From Spirochaetia bacterium (GTDB taxonomy: Bacteria; Spirochaetota; Spirochaetia; CAKZLE01): a stretch of 64,000 nucleotides of DNA. Numbering within the stretch: the stretch's first letter is position 1; every line of letters begins with the position of its first letter. Positions 19,308-28,702 of this stretch are shown here, in pieces. The stretch spans positions 1,376,001 to 1,440,000 of the forward strand of contig OY782041.1 in NCBI GenBank assembly GCA_963677595.1, written 5' to 3'. The notes beneath the pieces were generated by a model. It was not told the origin of the DNA. It did no database searches and saw nothing but the letters and a program-made list of their open reading frames with translations. The position numbers were made by a program, and so were the translations under genes.

Positions 19308-20552
19308 TTAGTTCGTAGTCGATTTTATATAACCATGCAACGCTGCCATTGCTGCAGTGTATGCAGATGCAAGGAACACCTCCGACTCCTGGCTCCCCAT
19401 ACGTCCTTTAAAATTCCGATTGGTAGTACTAACACACACCTCCCCATCACCAAGCAAGCCTTGGCCAAAGCCGGCACACGATGCACAACCAGGCGTCAGC
19501 ACGGCAGCCCCTGCTTCTAGTAGTTCTGAGATGATCCCTTCCTCTATTGCCTGCTCCATGATAATCTGACTGGCAGGCACGACTATCAAACGTGTGTCAT
19601 TACAGACTTTCTTACCTGCTAAGATCTCAGCAGCCTGTTTTAGATCTTCCATTCGTCCGTTTGCACAGGACCCAATGAATACCTGATCAACCCGTTTCCC
19701 TTCCATTTCTTTGACTGTGTGTATATTATCCATTCTGTGCGGGCAGGCTAGAACAGGTTCTAAACCTGAAAGATCAAGCTCAATGATCTTATTATATTCG
19801 GCTGAATCATCAGGTCTTTGGATATATTCGTCTGGTAATCCCAGATAATCACAGGTCTTCTTGTCTGCCTCAAAGATCACGTTCTTTGCATCAGTTTCTG
19901 CCAGCATATTCGCAATTGCCATACGCCCTTCAATGCTGATTTGGCTCAAACCTGGTCCACCAACTTCCAAAGCCTTGTTTCCTGCCAGATCTGCAGGCAG
20001 TAACGGCAGAAGAGAAAGTGCAACATCTTTGGCTGTCGTTCCTTTGGGCAGTTTACCTGTTAACCCAATACGAATAGTCTCAGGCACTTGAAGCCACAAC
20101 TCACCAGTAGCAAGTATCATTGCTGCATCTGAAGCTGTTATGCCACACCCGAGAGCTCCAATACTTCCATACATTGTGGAATGTGAATCAGTCCCAACAG
20201 CTATCTCCCCTGGTAATGTAAAATCTTCCAGCATCATTTGATGGCTAATGCCGTGGCGTCCGATCTCAGCAAACCTGTTGATTCCATGGAACCGGCAGAA
20301 CTCCCTGATCCTGACTAAGTTATTTGCTTCTTTCACAGTAGTTGGGGGAGCCGTGTGGTCTGCAGATACGAGTATTCTGTCCGGATACTTGACCATACAA
20401 TCCTGCAGAGAGCCAAATTCATGGAGTACAGTCGGGCCAATAAAATCATTAATCATCAACCGGTCTATTTCTACGGTTACTATTTGTGATGGGAACACAC
20501 TCTGATTCCCAGATTTCTTTGCAAGTAGTTTCTCTGTTAATGTCATTCCCAT
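19308..20552 (-). CDS. LeuC/HacA-like aconitase-family [4Fe-4S] large subunit
   Basis: MGMTLTEK, DH, GTDSHS, IGSCANGR, GCASC, STTNRNFKGRMG. Confidence 0.9.
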   Translation of the reverse strand: MGMTLTEKLLAKKSGNQSVFPSQIVTVEIDRLMINDFIGPTVLHEFGSLQDCMVKYPDRILVSADHTAPPTTVKEANNLVRIREFCRFHGINRFAEIGRHGISHQMMLEDFTLPGEIAVGTDSHSTMYGSIGALGCGITASDAAMILATGELWLQVPETIRIGLTGKLPKGTTAKDVALSLLPLLPADLAGNKALEVGGPGLSQISIEGRMAIANMLAETDAKNVIFEADKKTCDYLGLPDEYIQRPDDSAEYNKIIELDLSGLEPVLACPHRMDNIHTVKEMEGKRVDQVFIGSCANGRMEDLKQAAEILAGKKVCNDTRLIVVPASQIIMEQAIEEGIISELLEAGAAVLTPGCASCAGFGQGLLGDGEVCVSTTNRNFKGRMGSQESEVFLASAYTAAMAALHGYIKSTTN

Positions 20553-20732
20553 AAGCAATCTCCCCTCTTTGCCCAACTTCAATCGCCTGATTTCAAGAAA
20601 ACCTCGATACTTCCTAAGACTGTTTTAAAGCTACAATCCAACAGCTATGCAATACTGCGTTTTTCCTGTTAAAAATTCACAATCAAACGCCATCCAACTC
20701 TTCAACTGGAATTACTACATATCTCTTATCTG

Positions 20733-21422
20733 TCAATTGAAATGGACACCCATCTGCTTCAATAAATTACGATAGAAACCGGGATGGTCACTCACATCCA
20801 AATTACCCTTTCGATAATTATCCAGGATCTCTTCTTCCGCATTGAACTTATCAAGTGCAGCATCTATTACCATGGGAGCATCTGCCTGCGGGATTACGAC
20901 AACCCCATCGTGATCGCCAACCAGCAAATCCCCAGGGCATACGACTTGCCCCCCACAGGCTATTGGTACATTAATCTCACCGGGTCCGTTCTTGTATGGC
21001 CCCTGAGGGGTAACCCCTTTCGCAAATACCGGGATGGATAATTCCTGAATGCCTTCAATATCCCGAATACACCCATCAACAACGATGCCCGCTAATCCTT
21101 TCTGCTGTGCATACGTGAACATGATCTCACCTGCAAGAGAACGATTAACTGCGCTGCCCCCGTCAACAACCAGGATATCTCCAGGTTGTGCCATATCCAA
21201 GGCATAATGGAACATGAGGTTATCACCGATAGGAGCTTTCACCGTTATTGCCGTACCTACCATAGGTAACTTATTCATGGAACGAATATACTCGTGCATA
21301 CAGTACATTCGGTTCATCATATCTCCAATATTGCTTGAGGGTATGCCACGAAACTTCTCAACTAATGCTTTTTCCGGTCGTACTACTTCTGTGTTAATTC
21401 TTAATCCAATAGGTACTTTCAT
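20733..21422 (-). CDS. RraA-like/HMG-CHA aldolase family protein (2)
   Basis: GDNLMFH, LAGEIM, VVDGCIRD, GPYKNGPGEINVP. Confidence 0.88.
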   Translation of the reverse strand: MKVPIGLRINTEVVRPEKALVEKFRGIPSSNIGDMMNRMYCMHEYIRSMNKLPMVGTAITVKAPIGDNLMFHYALDMAQPGDILVVDGGSAVNRSLAGEIMFTYAQQKGLAGIVVDGCIRDIEGIQELSIPVFAKGVTPQGPYKNGPGEINVPIACGGQVVCPGDLLVGDHDGVVVIPQADAPMVIDAALDKFNAEEEILDNYRKGNLDVSDHPGFYRNLLKQMGVHFN

Positions 21423-21512
21423 AGTAAACCTCCCTACTATGTAACTAAGCTGTATTGAAAAACAGCATTTGATCTGCGAGCACTACAGGCAGCCTATAGC
21501 ATTCCTTTTTCC

Positions 21513-21581
21513 TCAATTACTTGTCTGATCATATAAATGACATGCGACCCAATGATTCTCTGAAACTTGCTGCAACTTCAG
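21513..21581 (-). pseudogene. 3' remnant of an oligopeptide ABC ATPase gene
   Basis: Translates LKLQQVSENHWVACHLYDQTSN*, like the C-termini of the intact ATPases nearby. Confidence 0.6.
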
Positions 21582-21819
21582 TTTTAGTTTGCTTGTAATT
21601 TGATGAAATCTTTTTTTACTGAAAATTCCAAATCAGCTTAGTCGCACTTATTTTATCAACTACAAAGCACTTATATGATCTTGTAATTGTTCAACAACAG
21701 TTAAAGGCTGAACTTTTTTATTAATAGTTATATAAACCCTAGCCATATAACTCTTAACAAATTCAATAATTCTGCTTTCAAAGCATAAAATTTTACGTTA
21801 TTAAAATATAACTAGAGTT

Positions 21820-21921
21820 GGGCTGTAGGAGTTGAAACTATTTCTTAGCTTTGTCATATACCATCCAGAAAGTCCCAGGAATAATTATTCCTATAATATT
21901 TAATTCCAACTCCTACTGCCC
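21820..21921. mobile_element. MITE-like/IS-end remnant with ~21-bp imperfect inverted repeats
   Basis: GGGCTGTAGGAGTTGAAACTA versus reverse complement GGGCAGTAGGAGTTGGAATTA (18/21); no target duplication seen. Confidence 0.4.
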
Positions 21922-21992
21922 GCTAATCATGTCATTCGAGTATCTAATTCATAAACGTACTGTTCACGACAACTTGTACATTTATGGCTTAA

Positions 21993-22736
21993 TTACAAAG
22001 TTCTTTTAACTTCGCCTCCTCGCGCCTCAATAAGCTGATTAAAATAAGCCCTTCTTTCTAACTCGACTTGTTTCTTGTCAATTTTTACATCATTGCCGGC
22101 TGGTTTTGGTTCTTTCTTCTTCATAAGTCGAGCATGTACAGACATTACCGCTCTACTAGGAATAACTACTAAACCCTCTCTATCTCCATAAACTACATCC
22201 CCAGCTTCTACAACTATGCCACCACAGCAAATAGGAGTATTTAGTTCTCCAGGCCCCCGCTTTGGTGTAGTAACAGTATTAATGCCCTTAAGAAATATTG
22301 GAAAATCGACTTCTTCGAGCTCAGCAATATCACGCCAGGCACCATCAACAACAATACCAGTTGCCCCTGCTTTTTTGGCAGCAATCGCAATGTTACCACC
22401 TCCAACACAAGCAGATGTATAACCTTTATTATCAATAACCATAACATCGCCGGGTTTTATATATTCAAGTGCTTTCTTAATCATGATAGAATCGCCAGGA
22501 GCACACTTTACAGTAAGGGCTGTTCCTATCATCGGAGACATATTTGCATACCCTTCACGAATAGAGCAATCCATAGAGTAAAGCACACCTACTTGATCAG
22601 CCACATCGCATACACCAAACGTACTTATATCTTTCAGAATCTGCTCATCAACTCTTTCAAAATCTTCAATAATACGAAATCCTAAATATGGAAAAGAACC
22701 ATCCCAACTTGGATTCTTTGCAACAGGTAGTTTCAT
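21993..22736 (-). CDS. RraA-like/HMG-CHA aldolase family protein (3)
   Basis: PGDSIMI, VGGGN, VVDGAWRD, GPGELNTPI. Confidence 0.86.
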   Translation of the reverse strand: MKLPVAKNPSWDGSFPYLGFRIIEDFERVDEQILKDISTFGVCDVADQVGVLYSMDCSIREGYANMSPMIGTALTVKCAPGDSIMIKKALEYIKPGDVMVIDNKGYTSACVGGGNIAIAAKKAGATGIVVDGAWRDIAELEEVDFPIFLKGINTVTTPKRGPGELNTPICCGGIVVEAGDVVYGDREGLVVIPSRAVMSVHARLMKKKEPKPAGNDVKIDKKQVELERRAYFNQLIEARGGEVKRTL

Positions 22737-22756
22737 TTTTAAATACCCCTCATTAA

Positions 22757-24343
22757 TTATTTAATCTCAAATGCGTATATTTTCGCTAAATGCAATCTGA
22801 ACTTAATGCAAACGTTTCCTTCAGATATACCACTCAAATCTGAGTTACCATTCCATTCAAGTTCTGCTTCCACTTCATCACCCGATAATCTTCGTGAAGA
22901 TTTAAAAGTATATCCTTCAATTGGATTCCCCTTTTTATCCTGCAACTCAGCTTCCACATAACCCGAATGTCCATCAGTTTTATAATTAATAGTAATCTTG
23001 GTACCAGTGAGTTTGAAAACTCTTGTTGAGAACTCTCCCCTATCTTGGGCAACAACAGAACAAAGACGATTCTTCTTAAATACTGCATATGCCAGATCTC
23101 CAAGAGGAGGTGTCGGGTCTCCTTCAGTCAGACACCTGGGGTATTTATACGGATATTTGTATACACATAAAGGTATGCCAATTTTATCTTCTGGTAAGGG
23201 AAATATATTATAACCTGCTTCTAGATCATCAAAAACCCAGTTCCCGCCTTCATTACGAGTTGCAGCATTTTTGCCAGGTAACCAGTTCCAATATAATCCA
23301 TCTGCAGATACAGCAAATTTCATATCACGATTATCTGTATTGCGGTGAAACATTGTAGCCAACATCAAATATACATCTTCAGTACCTGGATATTTCATAA
23401 CAGGGCAATGCATGATATCATCTGATGGATGATCAGTTAATTTCACTTCAAGACAGGGATAAGGTGTTGGCCATTTTGTAAAATCCTCTGTTTCTGACCT
23501 ACCTACTGAACGACGACCCGCACGCAACATCCTAAAATAACCGACATATTTTTTTATAGAATCATCCCACATACATACGTTCATCTGATCAGAACAATAC
23601 ATCATTACCGGTTCTTGAATCTGGGTCCAATGAATTCCATCTGCAGAATATGCACCAGAGGTAACTGCGCAAGTACCTTGTTTCCCTGGTTTTCCGTTTA
23701 GGGCTTTAGGGTCACAATCTCCGTTAAATCGTTCGATCTGGTGTTCTTTCCAAGAATCAATATCTTCATGTTGCTCTTCACCCCGATAAATAAGCTTGTA
23801 TTTCTGCTCAGGTGGGCAGTTGGGATTCTCATCCTTAAAGATACAACCGCTTGAAAAAAAGTTCCTATTTACCTCACGACCATATATCCCATTGGTATTT
23901 TGTCCTTCAAAAAAGTAAATACCTAATTCAGGCTTTACCCAATTAAAGCCATCTTTTGATTCTGCATAACAAAGAAGCCAACCCACATCATAGTTGTATG
24001 ACATATCGTTTCTATATCTGAAATCATCTGGTACAACTGTATACCAAAGTCTATACATCCCGTCTTCATATATAATGTTGTTTGCATACATGAGATATCC
24101 CTGTTCCCAAGGTTTATCTAGAGGCAAACACGGACCTGTGATTTCTGCCTGTTCAGCTTCAAGTTTTATACCGTATGCAGTATCAGGATATGGACTTGGG
24201 TCTTTAGCCGCCCCCCACTGTGAAACTTTTTTACCATTTAACTTCCAAAAGACCTGTCCCTGCCCAATGTTTCTCCAATCGATAAACATCTGCGGTCCTT
24301 TTAATACCAATGGTTCCTTCTGATCTGGTAATTGTAACAGCAC
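22757..24343 (-). CDS. Cytoplasmic beta-propeller glycosidase-like protein
   Basis: YRLWY, CYAESKDGFNWVKPELG, SADGIHW, SEDF-type and SADGLYW Asp-box-like repeats; C-terminal beta-sandwich; no signal peptide. Confidence 0.7.
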   Translation of the reverse strand: MLLQLPDQKEPLVLKGPQMFIDWRNIGQGQVFWKLNGKKVSQWGAAKDPSPYPDTAYGIKLEAEQAEITGPCLPLDKPWEQGYLMYANNIIYEDGMYRLWYTVVPDDFRYRNDMSYNYDVGWLLCYAESKDGFNWVKPELGIYFFEGQNTNGIYGREVNRNFFSSGCIFKDENPNCPPEQKYKLIYRGEEQHEDIDSWKEHQIERFNGDCDPKALNGKPGKQGTCAVTSGAYSADGIHWTQIQEPVMMYCSDQMNVCMWDDSIKKYVGYFRMLRAGRRSVGRSETEDFTKWPTPYPCLEVKLTDHPSDDIMHCPVMKYPGTEDVYLMLATMFHRNTDNRDMKFAVSADGLYWNWLPGKNAATRNEGGNWVFDDLEAGYNIFPLPEDKIGIPLCVYKYPYKYPRCLTEGDPTPPLGDLAYAVFKKNRLCSVVAQDRGEFSTRVFKLTGTKITINYKTDGHSGYVEAELQDKKGNPIEGYTFKSSRRLSGDEVEAELEWNGNSDLSGISEGNVCIKFRLHLAKIYAFEIK

Positions 24344-24374
24344 TTTTCTCCTCCAATATATTATTTTCTTTGCT

Positions 24375-25373
24375 TTAATAACGATGACATCTTACATAGT
24401 GATTTGACTCAATTTCTTTCATCTCAGGTAACGTATTCATACAAATTCCTCCAAAATCTGAAGCATATCTGCAACGAGTATGAAACGGGCACCCCTTTGG
24501 AGGGTTTATTGGTGATGGGACGTCCCCTTGCATTAGTATCCGGTCGTTTTTCACAGTCGGATCAGGAACAGGGATGGCAGATATGAGTGCTTCTGTATAG
24601 GGATGCAACGGGTTTTTGTATATATCTGCTTTTTCAGCAATCTCGACAATTTTACCAAGATACATGATCCCAATACGGTCAGATACATGCTTGACAACGT
24701 TTAGCCCATGCGCAATAAAAAGTTGTGTTAGATTATATTTTTCTTTAAGATCACACATTAAATTCAAAATTTGTGATTGTACAGAAACATCTAGAGCAGA
24801 TACAGGTTCGTCGCAAACAATAAACTTTGGATTTAAGGCTATGGCTCGGGCTATGCCAATTCTTTGCCTCTGCCCACCCGAAAACTCACCTGGATACCGT
24901 GTAATAGTTTCCTTTGGCAAACCAACATCCTCAAGTAGTGATTCAACTTTTGTTTTTCTTTCTTTCTTACTTAAAATCTTATGAATAATAAAAGGTTCTT
25001 CGAGAAGTTTCCCCACTGTCATTCTTGAATCAAGAGATGAAAAAGGATCTTGAAAAATCAATTGCATTTCTCTTCGAATAATACGCATTCGTTTTTCATT
25101 GTATTGGGTTATATTTTTGCCATCAAATATTACATCACCAGTAGTGTAGTTTGGATAAAGATGTAATAAAGCTTTCCCAGTTGTCGTTTTTCCACAGCCG
25201 GATTCTCCTACAAGCCCGAATGTCTCTCCTTTTCGAATCTGAAATGAGACTCCATTAACAGCTTTAACAGATCCAATTTGATGTAACAGTAAACCCTTTT
25301 TATATATCGGGAAATGCACCTTTAAATCGTTAACTTGTACTAATACCTCTGCTTTCTCATTAGTGTTCATCAT
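24375..25373 (-). CDS. Oligopeptide/dipeptide ABC transporter ATPase (OppF-like)
   Basis: GESGCGKT, FSGGQRQR, CDEP, HPYT. Confidence 0.95.
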   Translation of the reverse strand: MMNTNEKAEVLVQVNDLKVHFPIYKKGLLLHQIGSVKAVNGVSFQIRKGETFGLVGESGCGKTTTGKALLHLYPNYTTGDVIFDGKNITQYNEKRMRIIRREMQLIFQDPFSSLDSRMTVGKLLEEPFIIHKILSKKERKTKVESLLEDVGLPKETITRYPGEFSGGQRQRIGIARAIALNPKFIVCDEPVSALDVSVQSQILNLMCDLKEKYNLTQLFIAHGLNVVKHVSDRIGIMYLGKIVEIAEKADIYKNPLHPYTEALISAIPVPDPTVKNDRILMQGDVPSPINPPKGCPFHTRCRYASDFGGICMNTLPEMKEIESNHYVRCHRY

Positions 25374-26353
25374 TTACACCCCTCAACATAATGACAAGCA
25401 ACCTCACGCTCTTCCCCAACCAAACGCAATTGTGGAGCTTCTCTTTTACAGAGTTCCGTAGCTTTCGGACAGCGGGGATGAAAATAGCAACCTGTCGGTG
25501 GTAAAAGAGGATCTGTCACCATTCCTTTAATAACATGCAGTCTCTTCTCTTCATGATCCAATTTTGGAATAGAAGCAAATAAACCTTGAGTATATGGATG
25601 AAGCGGATTCGCAAAGAGATCTTTGATCTCTCCAGACTCTACGATTTCGCCGCTATACATTACAATGACTCGACTACATATCTCAGCAATAACACCAATA
25701 TCATGAGTTATAAATAATACTGAAGTACCAAACTCATCACGCATCTTACGAATAATATCGAGAACCTGTGCCTGTATCGTAACATCTAGTGCTGTTGTAG
25801 GTTCATCCGCAATGAGTAATTTCGGTTTGCAGCTCAATGCCATTGCAATCATAACACGCTGTCGCATACCCCCAGAAAGTTGATGTGGATACTCTTTAGC
25901 CCTTTGCGCTGCCGAAGGGATCTCAACCAATTTAAGTAGTTTTATTGCTTCTTTGAATGCCTCATCTTTACTCAAACCTTGATGAATGTGGATTGCTTCT
26001 GCAACTTGCTTTCCAATAGAAATAACGGGGTTTAGCGCTGTCATTGGTTCTTGAAATATCATTGAAATCTGGTTACCCCGCACACTTCGCATCTCTTTTT
26101 CCGAAATCTTAGTTAGATCTTTTCCTCCAAAACAGATTTCCCCATTTTTGATTTTTCCCGGAGGAGACGGTATCAAACGTAAAATCGATGAAACAGTCAC
26201 ACTTTTCCCACATCCAGATTCACCAACAATCCCTAAACTCTCACCTTTCTTTATATAGAATGACACCCCACGGACAGCAGGAACTTCGCCATAATCCGTA
26301 AAAAAACTTAGTTCTAGATCTTTTACATCAAGCAAATTGCTATTATTTACCAT
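25370..26353 (-). CDS. Oligopeptide/dipeptide ABC transporter ATPase (OppD-like)
   Basis: GESGCGKS, LSGGMRQR, ADEPTTALD. Confidence 0.95.
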   Translation of the reverse strand: MVNNSNLLDVKDLELSFFTDYGEVPAVRGVSFYIKKGESLGIVGESGCGKSVTVSSILRLIPSPPGKIKNGEICFGGKDLTKISEKEMRSVRGNQISMIFQEPMTALNPVISIGKQVAEAIHIHQGLSKDEAFKEAIKLLKLVEIPSAAQRAKEYPHQLSGGMRQRVMIAMALSCKPKLLIADEPTTALDVTIQAQVLDIIRKMRDEFGTSVLFITHDIGVIAEICSRVIVMYSGEIVESGEIKDLFANPLHPYTQGLFASIPKLDHEEKRLHVIKGMVTDPLLPPTGCYFHPRCPKATELCKREAPQLRLVGEEREVACHYVEGCK

Positions 26354-26421
26354 ATTGTTATCCTAATAACTCTCTGAAGTTTTATGTAATGGTTTTTCAT
26401 AGTTGTTCATATCTTCACTAC

Positions 26422-26775
26422 CTAATCTGTAAGCTGCCAACTAAACCCCTGAGAATCTTTAAAATTGCTCACAGTACGTCCCGTGTCCTTTACAAGGTTG
26501 TTTTCCTTTGTAAAAACTATTCCTTTTTCCTTGAGTTTGTCGTTTGTATCGTTTGAGTCTATTTTAAAAGCTATATGATTAACACCAAGCTTCTCTCCTT
26601 CCTTTGCCGCTCTAACCTCAAAGATCACCTGATTTTCTCCTGGCAAGGCTATTTCAACAGACTGCGGGACTCTATTGGTCCTTCGCACTTCTACAAAACC
26701 AAGCCGTTTCATTTCAGCTACCAAGCTCTCTACATCCATAACCCTGAAATCAATGTGATCTACTCTTTTAACCAT
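26422..26775 (-). CDS. VOC/glyoxalase-fold protein
   Basis: VDHIDFRV, VNHIAF, FKDSQGFSWQL. Confidence 0.8.
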   Translation of the reverse strand: MVKRVDHIDFRVMDVESLVAEMKRLGFVEVRRTNRVPQSVEIALPGENQVIFEVRAAKEGEKLGVNHIAFKIDSNDTNDKLKEKGIVFTKENNLVKDTGRTVSNFKDSQGFSWQLTD

Positions 26776-26804
26776 GTTTGTTCTCCTCTCTATTTCTAAT
26801 TAAT

Positions 26805-27662
26805 CTATTCCATACGTAAAATTCTTCTTACGCCATCTCCAATAAGGTTAATACCGATTACTAAACATGTAATAAATATTGCAGGTGTAGTTGAAATCCA
26901 CCATGTTGTTGCCATGCTCGACTGTCCATCGGCAACCATTCGACCCCAAGTCGCATACGGTCGCGCAACACCCAATCCCAAGAAACTCAACCCAGCTTCA
27001 GCCAGAATAATTGTTGCAATAAGCAGCGTCGCCAAAACCATAACTGAAGGCAATACGTTGGGGATAAGATGCTTGAAGATAATTCTAGCCCTAGTGGCTC
27101 CTAGAACCTTTGCAGCAAGAATGTAATCGGCTTTCGAATGAACAAGTGTTTTTGCCCTAGCTTGCCTGAAGATTACATACCATTCACTTAAAGCAAGCCC
27201 TCCAGCCAACACCCAAACACTAGAGCCTAATACAGTAATAAATAGTATAATAATAAGAATCATAGGGATTGAATGCTGTATTTCTAGGATAATACCCGTT
27301 AAATTATCTACCCATCCTCTATTATATCCACTTATTACACCAAGAATCGTTCCTATTGCAGCAGAACAAAGCACTGAAAGAAAAGCGATGAGTAGCGCCA
27401 ATTGCCCCCCCACCATTACTCTGCTGAGCATATCCCGACCAAGTTGATCGGTTCCAAATAAATGAAAATTACCTTCAATATCATATGAGAGCGGTGCAAC
27501 CCCAATCTTACATAACTCAGACAGATTAGGGTCATACGGTGTCCAAATAAATGATAACAATGTTGCTAATACGATAAATGAAACTAGAATCACACCTGGA
27601 ATTAGTCTGCTCATTCCGCGCCGTTTATACCAAACAATCTTTTTCTTTTGATCCATAGTCAA
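26805..27662 (-). CDS. Peptide ABC transporter permease (OppC-like)
   Basis: GTDQLGRD, YILAAKVLGA, HLIPN. Confidence 0.93.
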   Translation of the reverse strand: MTMDQKKKIVWYKRRGMSRLIPGVILVSFIVLATLLSFIWTPYDPNLSELCKIGVAPLSYDIEGNFHLFGTDQLGRDMLSRVMVGGQLALLIAFLSVLCSAAIGTILGVISGYNRGWVDNLTGIILEIQHSIPMILIIILFITVLGSSVWVLAGGLALSEWYVIFRQARAKTLVHSKADYILAAKVLGATRARIIFKHLIPNVLPSVMVLATLLIATIILAEAGLSFLGLGVARPYATWGRMVADGQSSMATTWWISTTPAIFITCLVIGINLIGDGVRRILRME

Positions 27663-27683
27663 TTCTCCCTATCAAACAGTTTT

Positions 27684-28625
27684 TTACTTATTATGCCTAA
27701 CTCGTGGATCAATAACGCCATACAGCAGATCAATTACTATATTGATTATTATGAACATCAATGCTGTATAGGGAACTAACGCTTGAATCACATTGTAATC
27801 TCTTGCATTGACAGAAGATATTAACAGCTGCCCTATCCCATTGAAGCGAAAAATTCCTTCAATATAAACTGATCCTATGACCAATTTACTAAAACGCATC
27901 CCAATGAGAGTAACTATTGGTATGGCAACATTTCTTAGGGCATGACCAAATAGCACTTTCGTGTGCGGGAGTCCCTTCGCCTTTGCTGTACGTATATAGT
28001 CACTATTCAAGACCATTCCAACCTCAACACGCGTAATTCTTGTCATTGACGCTATAAAGCGTGTTGAAAGACATAATGTTGGCAATATCATTGATATAAA
28101 TGATCCATAACCTCCAGTAGGAAGCCATTTAAGATTGATCCCAAAAATAACGATTAAAACCATTGCTATAAAGAAACCTGGAAACGAAGTAACAAAAAGA
28201 TTACTTGTTACGATTAGATTGTCATACCAAGAATTTGGTCGATACGCTGATAGAATCCCTAATGGTACTGCTACAATTATAGAAAATATTAATGTCATAA
28301 AGGCAAGTAGGAATGTACGGGGCATCCTTTCCTTTATTATACTTATAACCGGAGTGCTTGCCGTTCCACCAATCGCATATTGATATGATACACCCATGTC
28401 CCCGGTAATAAGATTTTTTGTATATTTGATAAATTGCTCCATGATAGGTCTATCTAAACCCCAAGAAGCTTCTAGTTCAGCTACCTGTTCAGGTGTTGCA
28501 TCATTTCCTAGTAAAATATATGCTGGATTACCAGGAACTGCGTGAACCAATGCAAATACTACAACAATCGTGACTAATAAAGTCAATACACCACGCAAGG
28601 CCCTCTGTGCTAACATAGTACCCAT
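27684..28625 (-). CDS. Peptide ABC transporter permease (OppB-like)
   Basis: PGNPA, DYIRTAKAKGL, HALRN; SD AAGGAG. Confidence 0.93.
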   Translation of the reverse strand: MGTMLAQRALRGVLTLLVTIVVVFALVHAVPGNPAYILLGNDATPEQVAELEASWGLDRPIMEQFIKYTKNLITGDMGVSYQYAIGGTASTPVISIIKERMPRTFLLAFMTLIFSIIVAVPLGILSAYRPNSWYDNLIVTSNLFVTSFPGFFIAMVLIVIFGINLKWLPTGGYGSFISMILPTLCLSTRFIASMTRITRVEVGMVLNSDYIRTAKAKGLPHTKVLFGHALRNVAIPIVTLIGMRFSKLVIGSVYIEGIFRFNGIGQLLISSVNARDYNVIQALVPYTALMFIIINIVIDLLYGVIDPRVRHNK

Positions 28626-28702
28626 GGTCTTCCACTCCTTTTCCACTTTCATTTTGCAGGGATCGCATCCGCTCAAGACGCTCTCCCTGCAAAAAACCTA
28701 GA

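Noticed and set aside
18743-20552. Calling these leuC/leuD of leucine biosynthesis
   Set aside because: No leuA/leuB nearby, catabolic context, altered GSSRE motif
15229-22736. RraA proteins as RNase E inhibitors or MenG methyltransferases
   Set aside because: Length over 200 aa, intact aldolase R-D motif and metabolic neighbourhood
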